Below are positions 7,186 through 16,673 of a stretch of 32,000 nt of DNA, in pieces. Location: assembly GCF_000014785.1 (NCBI RefSeq), contig NC_008340.1:300001-332000 (forward strand), written 5' to 3'. The notes beneath the pieces are model-generated. The model searched no databases. It was not told the origin of the DNA and saw only the letters and a program-made list of their open reading frames with translations. Numbering within the stretch: the stretch's first letter is position 1; every line of letters starts with the position of its first letter. The DNA is from Alkalilimnicola ehrlichii MLHE-1. GTDB taxonomy: Bacteria > Pseudomonadota > Gammaproteobacteria > Nitrococcales > Halorhodospiraceae. Made by a program: the position numbers and the translations under genes.

Positions 7186-9873
7186 ATGGCTGCAGTTGAA
7201 CCCCTCCCAGAGGGTGATGTTGATCCGCTCGAGACCCGGGAGTGGCTCGAGGCACTCGAGGCCGTTATCGAGGAGGAGGGCCCCGAGCGCGCCCAGTACC
7301 TGCTGGAGCAACTGGTCGAGAAAACCCGCCGACGCGGCGGCGTGGCCCCCTTCAAGGCCACCACTGCGTACGAGAACACCATCCCCCGCCACCTTGAGGC
7401 CCGCTCCCCCGGAGACCACCAACTGGAGTGGCGCCTGCGTTCGATCATGCGCTGGAACGCCATGGCGATGGTGGTGCAGGCCAACAAGGAGCATGACGGT
7501 ATCGGGGGGCACATCGCCTCCTACGCCTCGGCGGCGACGCTCTACGAGACCGGTTTCAACCACTTCTGGCATGCGCCGTCGGACGAGCACGGCGGCGACA
7601 TGGTCTTCATCCAGGGCCATTCGGCGCCCGGTATCTATGCCCGGGCATTCCTCGAGGGCCGCCTCACCGAGGATCAACTGCACAATTTCCGCCAGGATGT
7701 CGGAGGTGAAGGCGTTACCTCCTATCCTCACCCCTGGCTGATGCCGGAGTTCTGGCAGTTTCCCACCGTCTCCATGGGGCTGGGGCCGATCATGGCCATC
7801 TACCAGGCCCGGTTCATGAAGTACATGCATGACCGCGAGGTCATCGACACCGAGGGCCGCAAGGTGTGGGCCTTCATGGGCGACGGTGAGATGGACGAGC
7901 CGGAGTCCTTGGGGGCGATCGGCTTGGCCGCCCGCGAGAAGCTGGACAACTTGGTGTTCGTGGTCAACTGCAACCTGCAGCGGCTGGACGGCCCGGTCCG
8001 CGGTAACGCCAAGATTATCCAGGAGCTGGAGGGCGAGTTCCGCGGCGCCGGCTGGAATGTCATCAAGCTGATCTGGGGCTCCGGCTGGGACGCGCTGCTG
8101 GAGCGCGACCGCACTGGGCTGCTGCGCAAGCGCATGGAAGAGTGCGTGGACGGCGAGTACCAGAACTTCAAGGCCAAGGGCGGTGCCTACACCCGCGAGC
8201 ACTTCTTCGGCAAGTACCCGGAGCTCAAGGACATGGTGGCCCACATGTCCGACGAGGAGATTGCCCGGCTCAACCGCGGCGGCCACGATCCGCACAAGGT
8301 CTACGCCGCCTACCACGCGGCGGCCAACCACAAGGGCCAGCCCACCGTCATCCTGGTGAAGACGGTGAAGGGCTACGGCATGGGCGAGGCCGGCGAGGGC
8401 CAGAACATCACCCACCAGCAGAAGAAGATGGGTGAGGCGGCGCTCAAGGCCTTCCGCGATCGGTTCGATATCCCGATCCCGGACGATAAGATCGCCGAGG
8501 CGCCCTTCTACAAGCCGGACGATGACAGTCCGGAGATCAAGTACCTGCACGAGCGCCGCCAGGCGTTGGGTGGCTACCTGCCCAGTCGTCGCACCGAGGC
8601 GGCGCCGCTGAAGGCGCCGGCGCTGTCCGCCTTCGACGTGCTGCTGAAGGACAGCGGCGACCGCGAGATGTCCACCACCATGGCCTTCGTGCGGGCGCTG
8701 ACCATCCTCACCCGCGACAAGGACCTGAAAAAGCACATAGTACCCATCGTGCCGGACGAGGCGCGCACCTTCGGCATGGAGGGGCTGTTCCGCCAGCTGG
8801 GCATCTACTCCTCCGTCGGTCAGCTCTACACCCCGCAGGATGCGGATCAGCTGATGTATTACAAGGAGGACAAGAAGGGGCAGATCCTGCAGGAGGGGAT
8901 CAACGAGGCCGGTGCCTTCTCCTCCTGGATTGCGGCGGGCACCAGCTACAGCAACCATGGCGTGAACATGGTGCCCTTCTACGCCTACTACTCCATGTTC
9001 GGCTTCCAGCGCATCGGGGACCTGGCCTGGGCCGCCGGCGACATGCAGGCGCGCGGCTTCCTGATGGGCGGTACCGCCGGCCGCACCACCCTGAACGGCG
9101 AGGGGTTGCAGCACGAGGATGGCCACAGCCACCTGCTGGCCTCGACCATCCCCAACTGTCGGGCCTATGACCCCACCTTTGCCTACGAGATGGCGGTGCT
9201 CATCCAGGACGGGCTGCGGCGGATGTACGTGGATCAGGAGAACTGCTTCTACTACATCACCATGCTCAACGAGAACTACCGGCAGCCGGCCATGCCCAAG
9301 GGTGCCGAGGAGGGCATCGTCAAGGGCATGTACCTGTTCCGCGAGGGCAAGAAGAGCTCTGGGAGGAAGAAGGCCCCGCGGGTGCAGCTCATGGGCTCCG
9401 GTTCCATCCTGCGCGAGGTGATTGAGGCGGCCGACCTGTTGCAGCAGGACTTCGGCGTGGAGGCGGACATCTGGAGCGTTACCTCCTTCACCGAGGTGCG
9501 CCGTGAGGGCATGTCCGCCGAGCGCTATAACACGCTGAATCCGGAGACGAAGAAGCCCCGGGTGCCCTACCTGCAGGAATGCCTGAAGGGGCGCGCGGGG
9601 CCGGCGATTGCGGCGACCGACTACATGCGCACCTTCGCCGACCAGATCCGTCCTTGGATGGATCGCACCTACCGGGTGCTGGGCACGGACGGCTATGGCC
9701 GTTCGGATACCCGCGAGAAGCTCCGCCAGTTCTTCGAGGTGGACCGCTACCACGTGGCGGTGGCCGCACTGAAGGCACTGGCCGATGACGGCGTCGTGCC
9801 GGTGGCTAAGGTCTCCGAGGCCATCCGTAAGTACGGCGTGGACCCGGAGCGGCCCGACCCCTGGACGGCCTAG
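7186..9873 (+). CDS. aceE: Pyruvate dehydrogenase E1 component (homodimeric type)
   Basis: 895-aa ORF with EANKEHDGIGGHIASYASAATLYETGFNHFW-type motif, GDGEMDEPESLGAIGLAAREKLDNLVFVVNCNLQRLDGPVRGN, and an AceE C-terminus. Confidence 0.98.
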   Translation: MAAVEPLPEGDVDPLETREWLEALEAVIEEEGPERAQYLLEQLVEKTRRRGGVAPFKATTAYENTIPRHLEARSPGDHQLEWRLRSIMRWNAMAMVVQANKEHDGIGGHIASYASAATLYETGFNHFWHAPSDEHGGDMVFIQGHSAPGIYARAFLEGRLTEDQLHNFRQDVGGEGVTSYPHPWLMPEFWQFPTVSMGLGPIMAIYQARFMKYMHDREVIDTEGRKVWAFMGDGEMDEPESLGAIGLAAREKLDNLVFVVNCNLQRLDGPVRGNAKIIQELEGEFRGAGWNVIKLIWGSGWDALLERDRTGLLRKRMEECVDGEYQNFKAKGGAYTREHFFGKYPELKDMVAHMSDEEIARLNRGGHDPHKVYAAYHAAANHKGQPTVILVKTVKGYGMGEAGEGQNITHQQKKMGEAALKAFRDRFDIPIPDDKIAEAPFYKPDDDSPEIKYLHERRQALGGYLPSRRTEAAPLKAPALSAFDVLLKDSGDREMSTTMAFVRALTILTRDKDLKKHIVPIVPDEARTFGMEGLFRQLGIYSSVGQLYTPQDADQLMYYKEDKKGQILQEGINEAGAFSSWIAAGTSYSNHGVNMVPFYAYYSMFGFQRIGDLAWAAGDMQARGFLMGGTAGRTTLNGEGLQHEDGHSHLLASTIPNCRAYDPTFAYEMAVLIQDGLRRMYVDQENCFYYITMLNENYRQPAMPKGAEEGIVKGMYLFREGKKSSGRKKAPRVQLMGSGSILREVIEAADLLQQDFGVEADIWSVTSFTEVRREGMSAERYNTLNPETKKPRVPYLQECLKGRAGPAIAATDYMRTFADQIRPWMDRTYRVLGTDGYGRSDTREKLRQFFEVDRYHVAVAALKALADDGVVPVAKVSEAIRKYGVDPERPDPWTA

Positions 9874-9951
9874 ACCCTCCAGAACCGGCCCGGGGCGGTG
9901 TGTCCCGGGCCCTGTCGAGTCGCAAGCCCAGCAGCCGGAAGGAAGAACAAC

Positions 9952-11649
9952 ATGGCAGACGTCAAAGAAGTCCGCGTCCCCGATATCGGTGATTTCGCCG
10001 AGGTGGACGTGATTGAGGTGCTGGTCGCCCCCGGCGACCGGATCGAGAAGGAGCAATCGCTGATCACCCTGGAGTCGGACAAGGCCTCCATGGAGGTGCC
10101 CTCCAGTGAGGCCGGGGTGGTCAAAGAGGTCAAAATCAAGGTGGGCGACAAGGTCTCCGAGGGGGACGTGGTCGTCTTGGTGGAGGCCGAGGAGGGCGGT
10201 GATTCGCCCGCCGAGGCCCCGACGGGCAGCGACGCCGGGGCGTCCGCCCCAGCCGCCGGCGGTTCCGATGCCCCAGCCGCCGGGGGCGGTGAGGCCGTCC
10301 AGGTGAAGGTTCCGGACATTGGTGATTTCGCCGAGGTGGATGTCATTGAGGTGCTGGTCAGCCCCGGTGACACGGTGGAGCAGGAGCAGTCGCTGATCAC
10401 CCTGGAGTCGGACAAGGCCTCAATGGAGGTGCCTTCGAGCCACGCGGGCGTGGTCAAGGAGGTCAAGGTCAAGGTGGGCGACAAGGTCTCCGAAGGGGAT
10501 ACGGTCGCCGTGCTGGAGAGCCAGGGTGCCGGTGGGGGTGCCACGGCCTCCGCGCCAGCCAAGGAGGCAGGGGAGGCGGCAAAGCCGTCCCAGGAGCCGG
10601 CCGAGACCTACGCCGCTGACAGCCAGCGCGAGGCCGCGGCGCCGGAGAGCTACAAGGCGAACGCCTACCTGCTCACCGACTCCCGTCCGCCCCAGGCACC
10701 GCCGCCCATCGACCGCGAGGCCCATCGCCGCGCCCACGCCAGCCCGGCGGTCCGCCGCTTCGCCCGTGAGCTGGGCGTGGATCTGGGCCAGTTGCAGGGC
10801 AGGGGCTCGGGCCGCAAGGGGCGCATCCTCAAGGAGGACGTCCAGGCCTACGTCAAGCAGGCCCTGGCGGGGGGCGGAGCGGCCGCGGCACCGGCCGGGC
10901 AGGCCGGTGGCGCCGGCATCCCGCCCATCCCCGAGGTGGACTTCAGCAAGTTCGGCGAGGTGGAGCGCCAGCCGCTCTCGCGCATCCAGAAGCTCTCCGG
11001 GCCGCACCTGCAGCGCTCCTGGCTCAATGTGCCCCACGTCACCCAGTTTGACGAGGCGGACATCACCGAACTGGAGGCCTTCCGCAAGTCGATGAAGACC
11101 GAGGCGGAAAAGGCCGGGGTCAAGCTGACCCCGCTGGCCTTCATGGTGAAGGCCTCCGCGGCGGCGCTGCGGGCCTTCCCGCGCTTCAACAGCAGCCTGG
11201 CGCCGGCCGGTGATGAGCTGATCCTCAAGAAGTACGTGAACATTGGCGTGGCGGTGGATACCCCCAATGGCCTGGTGGTACCGGTGATCCGCGATGCCGA
11301 CCGGAAGAGCGTCTACCAGATCGCCGAGGACCTGGGCACGCTCTCTGCCAAGGCGCGTGACGGCAAGCTGGGGCCGTCGGACATGCAGGGCGGTTGCTTC
11401 ACCATTTCCAGCCTGGGCGGCATCGGCGGTACCGCCTTCACGCCCATCGTCAATGCGCCCGAGGTGGCCATCCTCGGGGTCTCCCGCTCGTCCATGAAGC
11501 CGGTCTGGAACGGCAGCGAGTTCGAGCCGCGGTTGATGCTGCCACTGTCGCTGTCCTACGACCACCGGGTGATTGACGGCGCCGCCGGCGCCCGGTTCAC
11601 CGCCTGGCTGGCTCAGGCCCTGGGCGACATTCGCCGGCTGTTGCTGTAA
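9952..11649 (+). CDS. aceF: Dihydrolipoamide acetyltransferase (E2) with two N-terminal lipoyl domains
   Basis: [25 protein letters not shown]...[11 protein letters not shown] occurs twice, then a peripheral subunit-binding domain and a catalytic domain ending in [17 protein letters not shown]. Confidence 0.97.
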   Translation: MADVKEVRVPDIGDFAEVDVIEVLVAPGDRIEKEQSLITLESDKASMEVPSSEAGVVKEVKIKVGDKVSEGDVVVLVEAEEGGDSPAEAPTGSDAGASAPAAGGSDAPAAGGGEAVQVKVPDIGDFAEVDVIEVLVSPGDTVEQEQSLITLESDKASMEVPSSHAGVVKEVKVKVGDKVSEGDTVAVLESQGAGGGATASAPAKEAGEAAKPSQEPAETYAADSQREAAAPESYKANAYLLTDSRPPQAPPPIDREAHRRAHASPAVRRFARELGVDLGQLQGRGSGRKGRILKEDVQAYVKQALAGGGAAAAPAGQAGGAGIPPIPEVDFSKFGEVERQPLSRIQKLSGPHLQRSWLNVPHVTQFDEADITELEAFRKSMKTEAEKAGVKLTPLAFMVKASAAALRAFPRFNSSLAPAGDELILKKYVNIGVAVDTPNGLVVPVIRDADRKSVYQIAEDLGTLSAKARDGKLGPSDMQGGCFTISSLGGIGGTAFTPIVNAPEVAILGVSRSSMKPVWNGSEFEPRLMLPLSLSYDHRVIDGAAGARFTAWLAQALGDIRRLLL

Positions 11650-11668
11650 CCGACGGGGGATACCCGAG

Positions 11669-13450
11669 ATGGCAGATTTGGTAGAAGTGAAGGTTCCGGA
11701 CATCGGCGACTTCGACGCGGTGGACGTCATCGAGGTGCTGGTCAGCCCGGGTGACGAGATCGAGGTGGAGCAGTCGCTGATCACCCTGGAGTCGGACAAG
11801 GCCTCAATGGAGGTGCCTTCGAGCCACGCGGGCGTGGTCAAGGAGGTCAAGGTCAAGGTGGGCGACAAGGTCTCCGAGGGGGATGTGGTCTGCACCCTCG
11901 AGGCGGCTGAAGCCACGGCCGGGGGCGAGGCCCCCGCCACCGGCGGCGGCAGGGCGGAAAAGCCCGCCGAGCCGGAACCGCCGGCCGCGGCCACCAGGCC
12001 CGCCCCGGCGGCCGCCCCGCAGGGGGATGCCCCGGTGGACGCCGACTGCGACGTGCTGGTACTGGGCGCCGGCCCGGGCGGCTACACCGCCGCCTTCCGG
12101 GCGGCGGACCTGGGCCTGAAGACGGTGCTGGTGGAGCGCTACCCGACCCTGGGGGGCGTTTGCCTGAACGTGGGCTGCATTCCCTCCAAGGCTTTGCTGC
12201 ACGCGGCCAAGGTGATCGACGAGGCGGAGCAGTTCGCTGACCACGGCATCACCTTCGGTAAGCCCAAGATCGACATCCGCAAGCTGGCCGACTGGAAATC
12301 CAGCGTGGTCAAGAAGTTGACCGGCGGACTGGCCGGTCTGGCCAAACAGCGCAAGGTGGAGGTGGTGACCGGCAAGGGGGCCTTCAAGGACGCCTACCAC
12401 CTGGAGGTGGACGGTAAGGAGGGCAAGCGCACCATCAGTTTTCGGCACTGCATCATCGCCGCCGGCTCCCGGCCGGTGGTCCCGCCCCCGCTGGCGGTGG
12501 ACGACCCCCGGGTTATGGACTCCACCGGCGCGCTGGAGCTGGAGGAGGTGCCGGAGCGGCTGCTGGTGGTCGGCGGTGGCATCATCGGCCTGGAGATGGC
12601 CTGTGTGTACGACGCGTTGGGCAGCAAGGTGACGGTGGTGGAGCTGGCGGACCGGCTGATGCCGGGCGCGGACGCCGATTTGGTGAAGGTGCTGCGCAAG
12701 CGCATCGATAAGCGCTATGACGCCATCCACCTGAACACCCTGGTCAAGGAGCTGAAGCCCAACAAGAAGAGCATCACGGTGAAGTTCGAGGGCAAGGACG
12801 CGCCGGAGAGCGACCGGTTCGACCGGGTGCTGCTGTCGGTGGGGCGCCGGCCGAACACCGACCTGATCGGCCTGGAGGCCACCGGGCTCAAGCCCAATGA
12901 TCAGGGTTACATCGACGTCGATGAGTATATGCGCACCGGTGTGTCGCACATCCATGCCATTGGTGACATCGTCGGCCAGCCGATGCTGGCACACAAGGCG
13001 TCGCACGAGGGCAAGGTGGCGGCGGAGGTTATCGCGGGCGAGAAAAGCGCCTGGGATGCCCGGGCGATTCCATCGGTGGCCTACACGGACCCGGAGGTGG
13101 CCTGGGTGGGCATCACCGAGGAGGAGGCGAAGGCGCAGGGGATTGCGTACGAGAAGGGCGCCTTCCCCTGGGCCGCCAACGGACGGTCGCTGTCGCTCAA
13201 TTACCAGGACGGGATCAGCAAGCTGTTGTTCGACGAGCAGTCGGGGCAGCTGATTGGCGCCGGCATCGTCGGCCCCAACGCCGGTGACCTGATCGCCGAG
13301 GCGGCCCTGGCCCTCGAGATGGGCGCGGAGGCGGCGGACATCGGCCTGACGGTGCACCCGCACCCAACCCTGTCCGAGACCGTGGCCATGGCCGCCGAGG
13401 CGGCGGAGGGGACGCTGACCGATCTCTATATCCCCAAGAAGAAGAAATAG
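11669..13450 (+). CDS. lpdA: Dihydrolipoamide dehydrogenase (E3) with N-terminal lipoyl domain
   Basis: [25 protein letters not shown]...[11 protein letters not shown] (lipoyl), then DVLVLGAGPGGYTAAFRAADLG, GGVCLNVGCIPSKALLH and ALALEMGAEAADIGLTVHPHPTLSE. Confidence 0.97.
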   Translation: MADLVEVKVPDIGDFDAVDVIEVLVSPGDEIEVEQSLITLESDKASMEVPSSHAGVVKEVKVKVGDKVSEGDVVCTLEAAEATAGGEAPATGGGRAEKPAEPEPPAAATRPAPAAAPQGDAPVDADCDVLVLGAGPGGYTAAFRAADLGLKTVLVERYPTLGGVCLNVGCIPSKALLHAAKVIDEAEQFADHGITFGKPKIDIRKLADWKSSVVKKLTGGLAGLAKQRKVEVVTGKGAFKDAYHLEVDGKEGKRTISFRHCIIAAGSRPVVPPPLAVDDPRVMDSTGALELEEVPERLLVVGGGIIGLEMACVYDALGSKVTVVELADRLMPGADADLVKVLRKRIDKRYDAIHLNTLVKELKPNKKSITVKFEGKDAPESDRFDRVLLSVGRRPNTDLIGLEATGLKPNDQGYIDVDEYMRTGVSHIHAIGDIVGQPMLAHKASHEGKVAAEVIAGEKSAWDARAIPSVAYTDPEVAWVGITEEEAKAQGIAYEKGAFPWAANGRSLSLNYQDGISKLLFDEQSGQLIGAGIVGPNAGDLIAEAALALEMGAEAADIGLTVHPHPTLSETVAMAAEAAEGTLTDLYIPKKKK

Positions 13451-13486
13451 CAGCGCCGCGGGGTGCCTTGCGCCCTCGCTTATCGT

Positions 13487-13519
13487 GGCCGTCGGGGTTT
13501 AGGCTCTGGCGGCCTTTTT
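13487..13519 (+). terminator. Possible rho-independent terminator after lpdA
   Basis: GGCCG ... CGGCC followed by TTTTTG. The stem is short and the loop long, so support is weak. Confidence 0.3.
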
Positions 13520-13757
13520 GTAGCTGGATAAGTCGTGATCGTCCGTGGTGGTTCGTGGGTCCGTGGGCTTGCGGTGACCCGCCCCACCAACGGCCTCCGG
13601 GGGGGTTCTTGGTCAGCGGGGCTTGCGGCGGCGTCACGGAGACCAATGCGGCCCGCGGGCAGTACCTCGGGATCAATCGGGGCGCACAGGGGCGCACTGG
13701 GGCAGCCAGGGTGGCACGAGAGCAGCCTTCCGCGAGCCAGTACCCTTTCAATCGACA

Positions 13758-13865
13758 GGGGCGAGGCGGGGGTTCGGATGCGAATCGTAGGCAGCAGGGA
13801 TGCTGCCTACGAGCCCCCATGGATGGGTTTACGGCGTATTCGCATCCGAACCCCCGCCTCGCCCC
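13758..13865. repeat. Nested perfect inverted-repeat element
   Basis: Outer arms GGGGCGAGGCGGGGGTTCGGATGCGAAT (13758-13785) and ATTCGCATCCGAACCCCCGCCTCGCCCC (13838-13865) are perfect complements. An inner hairpin TCGTAGGCAGCA-GGGA-TGCTGCCTACGA lies at 13785-13812. Confidence 0.9.
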
Positions 13866-13962
13866 GTTCCGCGGCTTCCCGCAGCCACCGGGCCTAAGGC
13901 CTCTTCAGCCTTCTCCCTACCCCCGACATCCAACCGCCGACACACCCCGTCCAGGCGCGCTG

Positions 13963-14850
13963 TCAGTCCAGCCGCCCGACCGTCACCCGCTCATGCCCGG
14001 CCAGGTCCCGCAAGGTCTCCACCCCGCCGAACCCGGCCTCCAGGAACAGTCGGCGCACCGCCTCCCCCTGCTGAAAACCGTGCTCCACCATCAACCAACC
14101 GCCGGCCACCAGATGCCCCGGCGCCTCGCCGACGATCCGCCGCAGGTCACCCAGCCCGTCCCGTCCGGCCGCCAGCGCCGACCGCGGCTCGAAGCGCACA
14201 TCGCCCTCATACAGCTCAGGCTCGTGGACGCCCACATAGGGCGGATTGCTCACCACCAGATCAAAACGCTCACCGGCCAGTGGGCCGAACCAGGACCCCG
14301 CCACCACCTGCACCCGATCCGCCAGCCCTAACCGGCGGGCGTTCTCCCGGGCCACCACCAGGGCCCCGGCGCTGGCCTCCACCGCCGTCACCCGCCACGC
14401 CGGACACTCATCCGCCAGCGCCAGCGCAATGGCCCCGGTGCCCGTGCCCAGGTCCGCCACCCGGAGCTGCCGGTCGCCGTCAACCCGGGCCAGCGCCGCC
14501 TCAACCAGCAGCTCCGTCTCCGGGCGGGGGATCAGCGTCTCGGCCGTCACCTTCAGCTCCAGCGACCAGAAACCGCGGCGGCCCGTCAGGTGCGCCACCG
14601 GCTCGCCGGCCAAACGGCGGGCAAGGAGTTGCCGGAAGCGGGCCAGGCTGGATGCCGGCGGACGGTGCTCGGGATGGGCCAGGAAAAAAGCGCGATCGCG
14701 CCCCAGCGCGTGCGCCAGCAGGGCATCGGCGTCCGCGGCCGGCGAGTCGCTGCCCGCCGCCTCCAGTCGGGTGCGGGCGGACCGGCGCAGCTCGGCCAGG
14801 GTGGGCTGCGGCGGGGTGGAGCCCGTGGCGGGGTGCGCTTCCCGGGTCAC
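13963..14850 (-). CDS. prmC: Release factor glutamine methyltransferase
   Basis: LIPRPETELLVEAAL...VADLGTGTGAIALALA...FDLVVSNPPYV; canonical PrmC/HemK motifs. Confidence 0.96.
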   Translation of the reverse strand: MTREAHPATGSTPPQPTLAELRRSARTRLEAAGSDSPAADADALLAHALGRDRAFFLAHPEHRPPASSLARFRQLLARRLAGEPVAHLTGRRGFWSLELKVTAETLIPRPETELLVEAALARVDGDRQLRVADLGTGTGAIALALADECPAWRVTAVEASAGALVVARENARRLGLADRVQVVAGSWFGPLAGERFDLVVSNPPYVGVHEPELYEGDVRFEPRSALAAGRDGLGDLRRIVGEAPGHLVAGGWLMVEHGFQQGEAVRRLFLEAGFGGVETLRDLAGHERVTVGRLD

Positions 14851-15122
14851 GCCTCGGTGGTCGGCCGGGCGGCGGAGGCCGGGATGGCGCGCTCCTCCAG
14901 CATGATCGGGATGCCGTCCTCCACCGGATAGATGCGCTGATCGTTCTCCGTGATCAGGGCCTCACGCAGCGGCGTCTCCACCGGGCTGTCGTCCATATGC
15001 CGCACCTCGCCCTGCTCGATCCGCTGGTTGAGTCGCTTCAGGGCATCCGCCTCCAGCAGGCGCACCGGCTGCTTGGTCACCGGGCAGCACAGTATGTCCA
15101 GCAATTTCTTGTCCAGGCTCAT
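14847..15122 (-). CDS. Trm112/YcaR-like small protein
   Basis: MSLDKKLLDILCCPVTKQPVRLLE...LITENDQRIYPVEDGIPIMLEERAI; typical Trm112 family. ATGA overlap with prmC. Confidence 0.9.
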   Translation of the reverse strand: MSLDKKLLDILCCPVTKQPVRLLEADALKRLNQRIEQGEVRHMDDSPVETPLREALITENDQRIYPVEDGIPIMLEERAIPASAARPTTEA

Positions 15123-15306
15123 CGTTGCGGGCTCGACTGCAAAAAGTGGGTCTCCAGTATAGCACCGGGCACCGCCAGCCCGGTTCCGGTAAGGGCAAGC
15201 CTTGCCGCCCGGCGATGCCGCTCAAGACCTGGCGGCGTCTGCCGTTTATTGGCCCAGGACACAACGGTTCGCCAACGGGCGGATTTCAGGCATTGGGGGG
15301 ATACCC

Positions 15307-16554
15307 ATGGTGGAACACGAGCCTCAACACCAGGCAAGGGGTGAGCACCGACAGGACCACGCGCACTGCTCCTTCTGTGGGCGCCCCGAGGACCAGACTG
15401 GGCCGCTCATCGCCGGGGCGGAGGCGTGGATCTGTGAAGACTGCGTGGCCGAGTCCAAGGCGCGGCTGGACAGCGAATTCACCGGATCACTGACCGACCA
15501 GCTGGCCGGTCTGTCCACCCCGAGGCAGCTGCACGCCCACCTGGACGGCTACGTGATCGGACAGGAACGGGCCAAGCGCCAGTTGGCGGTGGCCGTCTAC
15601 AACCACTATAAGCGACTGATCTGGCGCGGTGCCCGCCGGCCCGGTGAGGTGGCCAAGAGCAATATCCTCATGGTCGGGCCCACCGGCAGTGGCAAGACCC
15701 TGCTGTTGGAGAGCCTGGCCCGCCACCTGGAGGTGCCCTTCGTCACCGCGGACGCCTCCACCTTCACCGCCGCCGGTTATGCCGGGGCCGATGTGGATGA
15801 CATCGCCGTCCGGTTGCTGGAGGCCGCCGGTGGTGATCCTGCCGCCGCGCGTCGGGGCATGGTCTTTCTGGACGAAGTGGACAAGCTGGCATGCCGCGCA
15901 CCGGGCGGCAGCGGTAACGGTCGCGACTTCTCCGGTGAGGGGGTGCAGCAGGCGCTGCTGCGTCTGCTCGAGGGGCGGGTGGTTAACGTGCCGCGCCGGG
16001 GCCGCGGGGGCGGCGTCCACAGCGTGGACACCCGCGACGTGCTGTTTGTCTGCGGCGGCGCATTCCAGGGGCTGCGTCAGCAGATGGCCGGGCGTCGCGC
16101 CGGCGGTGGCGTGGGCTTCGGGGCCCGCCTGGCCGAGACCGCCGAACCGCCGGCAGTCCCGGATGCGGACGACCTGGTGCACTACGGACTGATCCCCGAG
16201 CTGGTGGGACGGCTGCCGGTGGTCACCACCCTGGAGGCATTGAGCGAGGCACAGCTACTGGAGGTCATCAGTCGGCCGCGCAACGCCCTGCTGCGCCAGT
16301 ACCAGGCACTGTTCCGGCAGGACGGCTGTGAGCTGCACTTCACCGCCGGCGCCCTCGAGGCCCTGGCCCGGCGCGCCGCCGAGCGCGGCACCGGTGCCCG
16401 TGGTCTGCGCGCGGAGCTGGAGCGCCTGTTGCTGGAACCCATGTACCACGTTCCGGCCCGGGGCGATGTCGAGGCCGTGGTGGTTACGACCGAGTCAGTG
16501 GCTGGGGCACCTGTGCGCTACTGCAGAAGCCAGGCCTTGCGGCAGGTGGGTTAG
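15307..16554 (+). CDS. Divergent ClpX-type AAA+ unfoldase (ClpX paralog)
   Basis: N-terminal zinc site CSFCGR...ICEDCV, Walker A GPTGSGKT, Walker B MVFLDEVDK, SGEGVQQALL, LIPELVGRLPVV, GARGLR. It differs from canonical ClpX at functional loops. Confidence 0.92.
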   Translation: MVEHEPQHQARGEHRQDHAHCSFCGRPEDQTGPLIAGAEAWICEDCVAESKARLDSEFTGSLTDQLAGLSTPRQLHAHLDGYVIGQERAKRQLAVAVYNHYKRLIWRGARRPGEVAKSNILMVGPTGSGKTLLLESLARHLEVPFVTADASTFTAAGYAGADVDDIAVRLLEAAGGDPAAARRGMVFLDEVDKLACRAPGGSGNGRDFSGEGVQQALLRLLEGRVVNVPRRGRGGGVHSVDTRDVLFVCGGAFQGLRQQMAGRRAGGGVGFGARLAETAEPPAVPDADDLVHYGLIPELVGRLPVVTTLEALSEAQLLEVISRPRNALLRQYQALFRQDGCELHFTAGALEALARRAAERGTGARGLRAELERLLLEPMYHVPARGDVEAVVVTTESVAGAPVRYCRSQALRQVG

Positions 16555-16673
16555 GCAGCCGGTGCCCGCCTTGCGTAACAGTAAGTTTGGCGGTAAGGGG
16601 CTGGAGCGGCTAATATGTCGCCCTTGTGTCCAACTAGTCGGCCCTTGTAGTGGCCGGGAGCACCGAACCGCCT

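Noticed and set aside
7165-10056. 963-aa minus-strand ORF opposite aceE
   Set aside because: Antisense shadow of an unmistakable aceE; biased His/Leu/Val/Gly composition and no domain motifs.
10420-13363. Large minus-strand ORFs (524 and 519 aa) opposite aceF and lpdA
   Set aside because: Mirror translations of lipoyl/E2/E3 coding sequence; the matching start segments in both simply reflect the shared lipoyl DNA repeat.
13468-14331. 287-aa + ORF (and 13535-13897, 119 aa) between lpdA and prmC
   Set aside because: Pro/Arg/Gly/Ser-rich with no recognisable motif. It runs through the inverted repeat and into antisense prmC.
13800-15344. 514-aa + ORF spanning prmC and the Trm112-like gene
   Set aside because: Antisense to two clearly identified genes; extreme proline/arginine bias.
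16555-16673. Possible short repeat TCGCCCTTGTG / TCGGCCCTTGTAG upstream of aroG
   Set aside because: Imperfect and short; no further copies seen; not distinguishable from chance.
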